In this document: in pieces, positions 60,808-64,000 of the stretch
Numbering within the stretch: position 1 is the first letter of the stretch
Layout of the letters: each line of letters opens with the position of its first letter
DNA from: an uncultured Desulfobacter sp.
Lineage (GTDB): Bacteria; Desulfobacterota; Desulfobacteria; Desulfobacterales; Desulfobacteraceae
Length of the DNA: 64,000 nucleotides
Direction: 5' to 3'
NCBI GenBank assembly: GCA_963665095.1
Contig: OY762069.1
Location: forward strand, 800,001 to 864,000
The notes under the pieces: model-generated
What the model was told of the DNA's origin: nothing
Seen by the model: only the letters and a program-made list of their open reading frames with translations
Databases searched by the model: none
Program-made: the position numbers and the translations under genes

Positions 60808-63192
60808 ATGAGAACGACAAGAATTATCGTACTCCTTGCGTCATGCCTGCTGGTGCTTCTGGCCCATACGGCATGGTCCGGGCCGGTCTACACCATAGAG
60901 TTTATCAACGGATCTGAAAAAGAATCCGGGGTTCAAACATTTCAGGACCAGATCAGAGACGAGATAAACGCGTTGATGAAAAGCCGGGGGAAAATCCAGT
61001 ATCAGACCCGTCTCGTCCCGGTATTTCCCCCGGAAAAAAGTGTGGATGCCATTGCCGCTCTTACAAAGGACACTGCGGTGGACTGCTTTATCAGCGTCGG
61101 ATTTGACATCACTGACAGGGTGGTCCGGCAGGAGAGTTATCCAAGGCCTGTTATTGCCGTAGGCGTTGTGGACCACAAGCTCCAGGGAATTCAAAGAACA
61201 GCTGAAAAGACCAGCGGAGTTCACAATTTCAACTATATCGAATCCCACTTTGACATTGAACAGGATCTACGGACATTTAAATCGCTTTACGAATACCGGC
61301 ATTTAGCTGTTGTCCTGCCCAGGGACGATGCCCGCACATCTCTTCTTCTTGAAAATTATTTCAGCCGGATTCATTCATCCATCTCCCCGGAGTCGGATTA
61401 TTCCATTATCATTATAAGTCCGGACCATATAACCCCGGGCATTCCCGAAATTCCTGAAAGTATTGATGCGGTATACCTTCTGCCCCTGTTCTCGGAGAAG
61501 GGGGAGCAACAGATGGCAGCCGTCATCCGGGAGGTCAACAACCGGAAGCTGCCCTCCTTTGCCCTTTTAGGGGAATCCCATGTCCGTTTAGGGGCCATGG
61601 CCGCCATTGCCCCGGCCCGCAATATTTCCGTGATGGCCCGGCGGGTGGCCATCAACGTCCTGGAAATTCTGGAGGGCCGGGACCCTGCCACCCTGCCCGT
61701 TTCCATATCCAGGTATGCGCAGAATTTTGTGGTCAATGTGGAGACTCTGCAGAAAATTGATTTTTATCCGGCCTGGACCGCTGTGGAAAAAGCCCGCCTC
61801 ATCAACCTTGAAAAGCTGCACCAAAAAGGTCCGGGGCTTCAGCTCAAACAGGTTATTTTTGAAGCCCTGGAACGGAACCTGGACTATCTTTCGGCAAAAA
61901 CTGCTACCCGGATCCAGGAAGAGGAAGCCGGCAAGGCCGGGGCGGCCCTCCTGCCCCAGGTCAGCCTGTCTGCCGGGGTGACACAGATTGACGAAGAGCG
62001 GGTGGAAATTTCACAAACCTACCCGGCCCAGACCACCCTTCTGGCATCGGCCGGTCTGGACCAGATTGTATTTTCAGATGATATCCTGGCCAACCGCGCC
62101 ATCCAGAACATGTTGACCCGGGCCCAGCAGCATGAGGAGGCAACCGTCCTTCTGGATACAGTGCTGACCGCGGCCAGGGCCTACATCAATCTGCTCCTGG
62201 CCACAAGCGCCCAGACCATCCACAACGACAACCTCGGGGTGACCCGTAAAAACCTGGAGATTGCGAAAAACAAGGCGTCTGTGGGTACGGTCAACGCCTC
62301 AGAGGTGAGCCGCTGGGAAAGTGAAATGGCCGCCAACCAGATCAGCCTGAACGATGCGTTCCGGGACCAGCAGCTGGCCCGGATGACCCTGAACCAGGTC
62401 CTGGACCGACCCATCACCCGGGACTTCACCATAGAGGATATTACGCCAGGCAAGGGCATCGAACTGATGATCACGGATTCTGAAGTATACCAGCACCTGG
62501 GCAATTTAAAAAAAGTCAGGCGGTTCAGCCGGTTCCTGATCCTGGAGACCGACCGGTACCTTCCGGAACTCAGGCAGATCCGGGAAAATATCAAAGCCAG
62601 CGAGCGCCAGGTACTGAACCGGGAACGCGCCCTGTACCTGCCCGATGTCGTCCTCCAGGGATCTGTGGACAAGGTCATGAAGGAGTACAATTACCGGGAA
62701 AAGACACCGTCGGACCTTGACCATCCCTGGACGGTCTCCCTGATGGCCTCCTGGCCGCTGTTCACCGGGGGCGCCGACAAAAAGGCGCTTTCCCAGAGCC
62801 GCTGGCAGCTGAAACGGCAGCAGCTGCAGGAACGGAACATGGTTAACCAGTACCACATGAACACCTGTGCAAAACTGGAAACCGCGGCGGTCTCCGCCCG
62901 GGAGATTGATCTGGCTCAGACCCGGCATGCCGCCGCATTGAAAAGCTTTGAAATTATCCAGGCCGGGTATGCCGAGGGCCGCAACAGTGTCACAGAACTG
63001 ATTGACGCACAGAATGCCAAGCTGGGCAGTGAACAGGCCCTGGCCTCAGCCCGGTACCAGTTTGTCCTTGATCTCCTTGAAATGGAACGGGCCACCGGCC
63101 GGTTTTACTTCCTGGACACCCCGGACGAGAAACAGGCGTTTTTCAACCGCCTGAAGGAACATATGGAAACAACCCTGAAAGACAACGCCTAG
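60808..63192 (+). CDS. TolC-family outer membrane efflux protein with N-terminal substrate-binding-like domain
   Basis: Signal peptide from MRTTR; C-terminal OEP repeats (ALERNLD, LLPQVSL, YINLL, YAEGRNSVTELIDAQ). Confidence 0.88.
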   Translation: MRTTRIIVLLASCLLVLLAHTAWSGPVYTIEFINGSEKESGVQTFQDQIRDEINALMKSRGKIQYQTRLVPVFPPEKSVDAIAALTKDTAVDCFISVGFDITDRVVRQESYPRPVIAVGVVDHKLQGIQRTAEKTSGVHNFNYIESHFDIEQDLRTFKSLYEYRHLAVVLPRDDARTSLLLENYFSRIHSSISPESDYSIIIISPDHITPGIPEIPESIDAVYLLPLFSEKGEQQMAAVIREVNNRKLPSFALLGESHVRLGAMAAIAPARNISVMARRVAINVLEILEGRDPATLPVSISRYAQNFVVNVETLQKIDFYPAWTAVEKARLINLEKLHQKGPGLQLKQVIFEALERNLDYLSAKTATRIQEEEAGKAGAALLPQVSLSAGVTQIDEERVEISQTYPAQTTLLASAGLDQIVFSDDILANRAIQNMLTRAQQHEEATVLLDTVLTAARAYINLLLATSAQTIHNDNLGVTRKNLEIAKNKASVGTVNASEVSRWESEMAANQISLNDAFRDQQLARMTLNQVLDRPITRDFTIEDITPGKGIELMITDSEVYQHLGNLKKVRRFSRFLILETDRYLPELRQIRENIKASERQVLNRERALYLPDVVLQGSVDKVMKEYNYREKTPSDLDHPWTVSLMASWPLFTGGADKKALSQSRWQLKRQQLQERNMVNQYHMNTCAKLETAAVSAREIDLAQTRHAAALKSFEIIQAGYAEGRNSVTELIDAQNAKLGSEQALASARYQFVLDLLEMERATGRFYFLDTPDEKQAFFNRLKEHMETTLKDNA

Positions 63193-63199
63193 GAAAAAT

Positions 63200-64000
63200 A
63201 TGACACGTTCCAGTTTTTCTATTCTGGTCTGCCTTTTTCTTGTTGCCGCCGGATGCGGCAGCACGGAGAATGAAACCAGGGAAGAGACCGCGACCGCGGT
63301 ACGTCCGGTGCGCTATATTGTGCTTGAGCCGGTGACCCAGACCGTAAACCAGCGCTTCAGCGGTACTGCCCAGGCAAAAAAAGAGGCGGTCCTCAGCTTT
63401 AAGGTAAGTGGCACCATTGAAAACATCCCTGTAAAAATCGGAGACCGGGTTTCCAAAGGAGACCTTTTGGCCCGGCTGGACGAGACCGACATCCGGATTG
63501 ATGTGGAGACATCCCAGGCAGGACTTAAAGCATCCCAGGCCGATGTAAAGTCTGCCCAGACCAATGTCTATACCACCCGATCCAACTATGACCGGATCCA
63601 GAAACTTTACGAGAATGACAATGTCTCTCTCAGCGAGTTTGAGCAGGCCCGGGGCAATTATGAAACGTCCCTTGCAAGCCTCCAGGCGGCAAAGTCACGG
63701 ATGACCACAGAAACATCCAAGCTGCAGGCGGCAAAAAATCAGCTCATGTACACCCGGCTCACCGCCCCCTTTACCGGGATTGTCAATTCAATTCCCGTGG
63801 AAGAGAACGAGGAAATAACGCCTGGCAGCCCGGTGCTGACCCTGAGCGGTGCGGGTAACCTTGAGGTCAGCGTGAGTGTGTCAGACCTCTACATCGCCCG
63901 GATCCGGACCGGCATGCCCTGCCAGGTGACCTTTGCCCCCTTGCAGGAGCCCCTGTTTGATGGCCGGGTAACCGAAGTCTCCTACGGCGCCACAGATGCG
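63200..64000 (+). CDS. RND efflux periplasmic adaptor subunit (runs off right edge)
   Basis: Manual translation MTRSSFSILVCLFLVAAGC (lipobox)...LSFKVSGTIENIPVKIGDRVSKGDLLARLD...YTRLTAPFTGIV. Confidence 0.9.
   Translation, partial: MTRSSFSILVCLFLVAAGCGSTENETREETATAVRPVRYIVLEPVTQTVNQRFSGTAQAKKEAVLSFKVSGTIENIPVKIGDRVSKGDLLARLDETDIRIDVETSQAGLKASQADVKSAQTNVYTTRSNYDRIQKLYENDNVSLSEFEQARGNYETSLASLQAAKSRMTTETSKLQAAKNQLMYTRLTAPFTGIVNSIPVEENEEITPGSPVLTLSGAGNLEVSVSVSDLYIARIRTGMPCQVTFAPLQEPLFDGRVTEVSYGATDA

Overview
Bacterial chromosomal window. Gene content and style suggest a Desulfobacteraceae-like deltaproteobacterium (inference). About 3.1-26 kb encodes an apparently complete but atypical type VI secretion system. 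Its sheath, tube and spike proteins and gene order resemble the Francisella pathogenicity island (T6SS-ii) and myxobacterial systems more than canonical T6SS-i: split VgrG (hub plus separate beta-helix needles), IglC-like tube, IglI-like protein and a cluster-encoded ClpB-type ATPase. It also has a canonical PAAR, TssE, a catalytically degenerate acetyl-CoA-synthetase-fold protein and an OvoA-like methyltransferase. The locus is bracketed by a partner-switching module: two STAS proteins, an RsbW-like kinase, an intact Cache-HAMP-PP2C phosphatase and a decayed pseudogene copy of that phosphatase. The rest is mostly housekeeping or accessory: racemase (partial), DUF3124, DUF748, a His-less hybrid kinase, LUD protein, a dinB-acylphosphatase in-frame fusion, a split peptide ABC system with csp/dadA/Amt-PAS-GGDEF-EAL in between, two surA-like genes, mgtE, recO, GHMP kinase, nucleoside phosphorylase, ligA, a probable group II intron domain V/VI relic, alkaline phosphatase, YibE/F, a multidomain PEBP protein, and TolC plus RND adaptor (partial). 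No tRNA, rRNA, CRISPR array or transposase was seen. All family assignments come from motif recognition by eye, not database searches.
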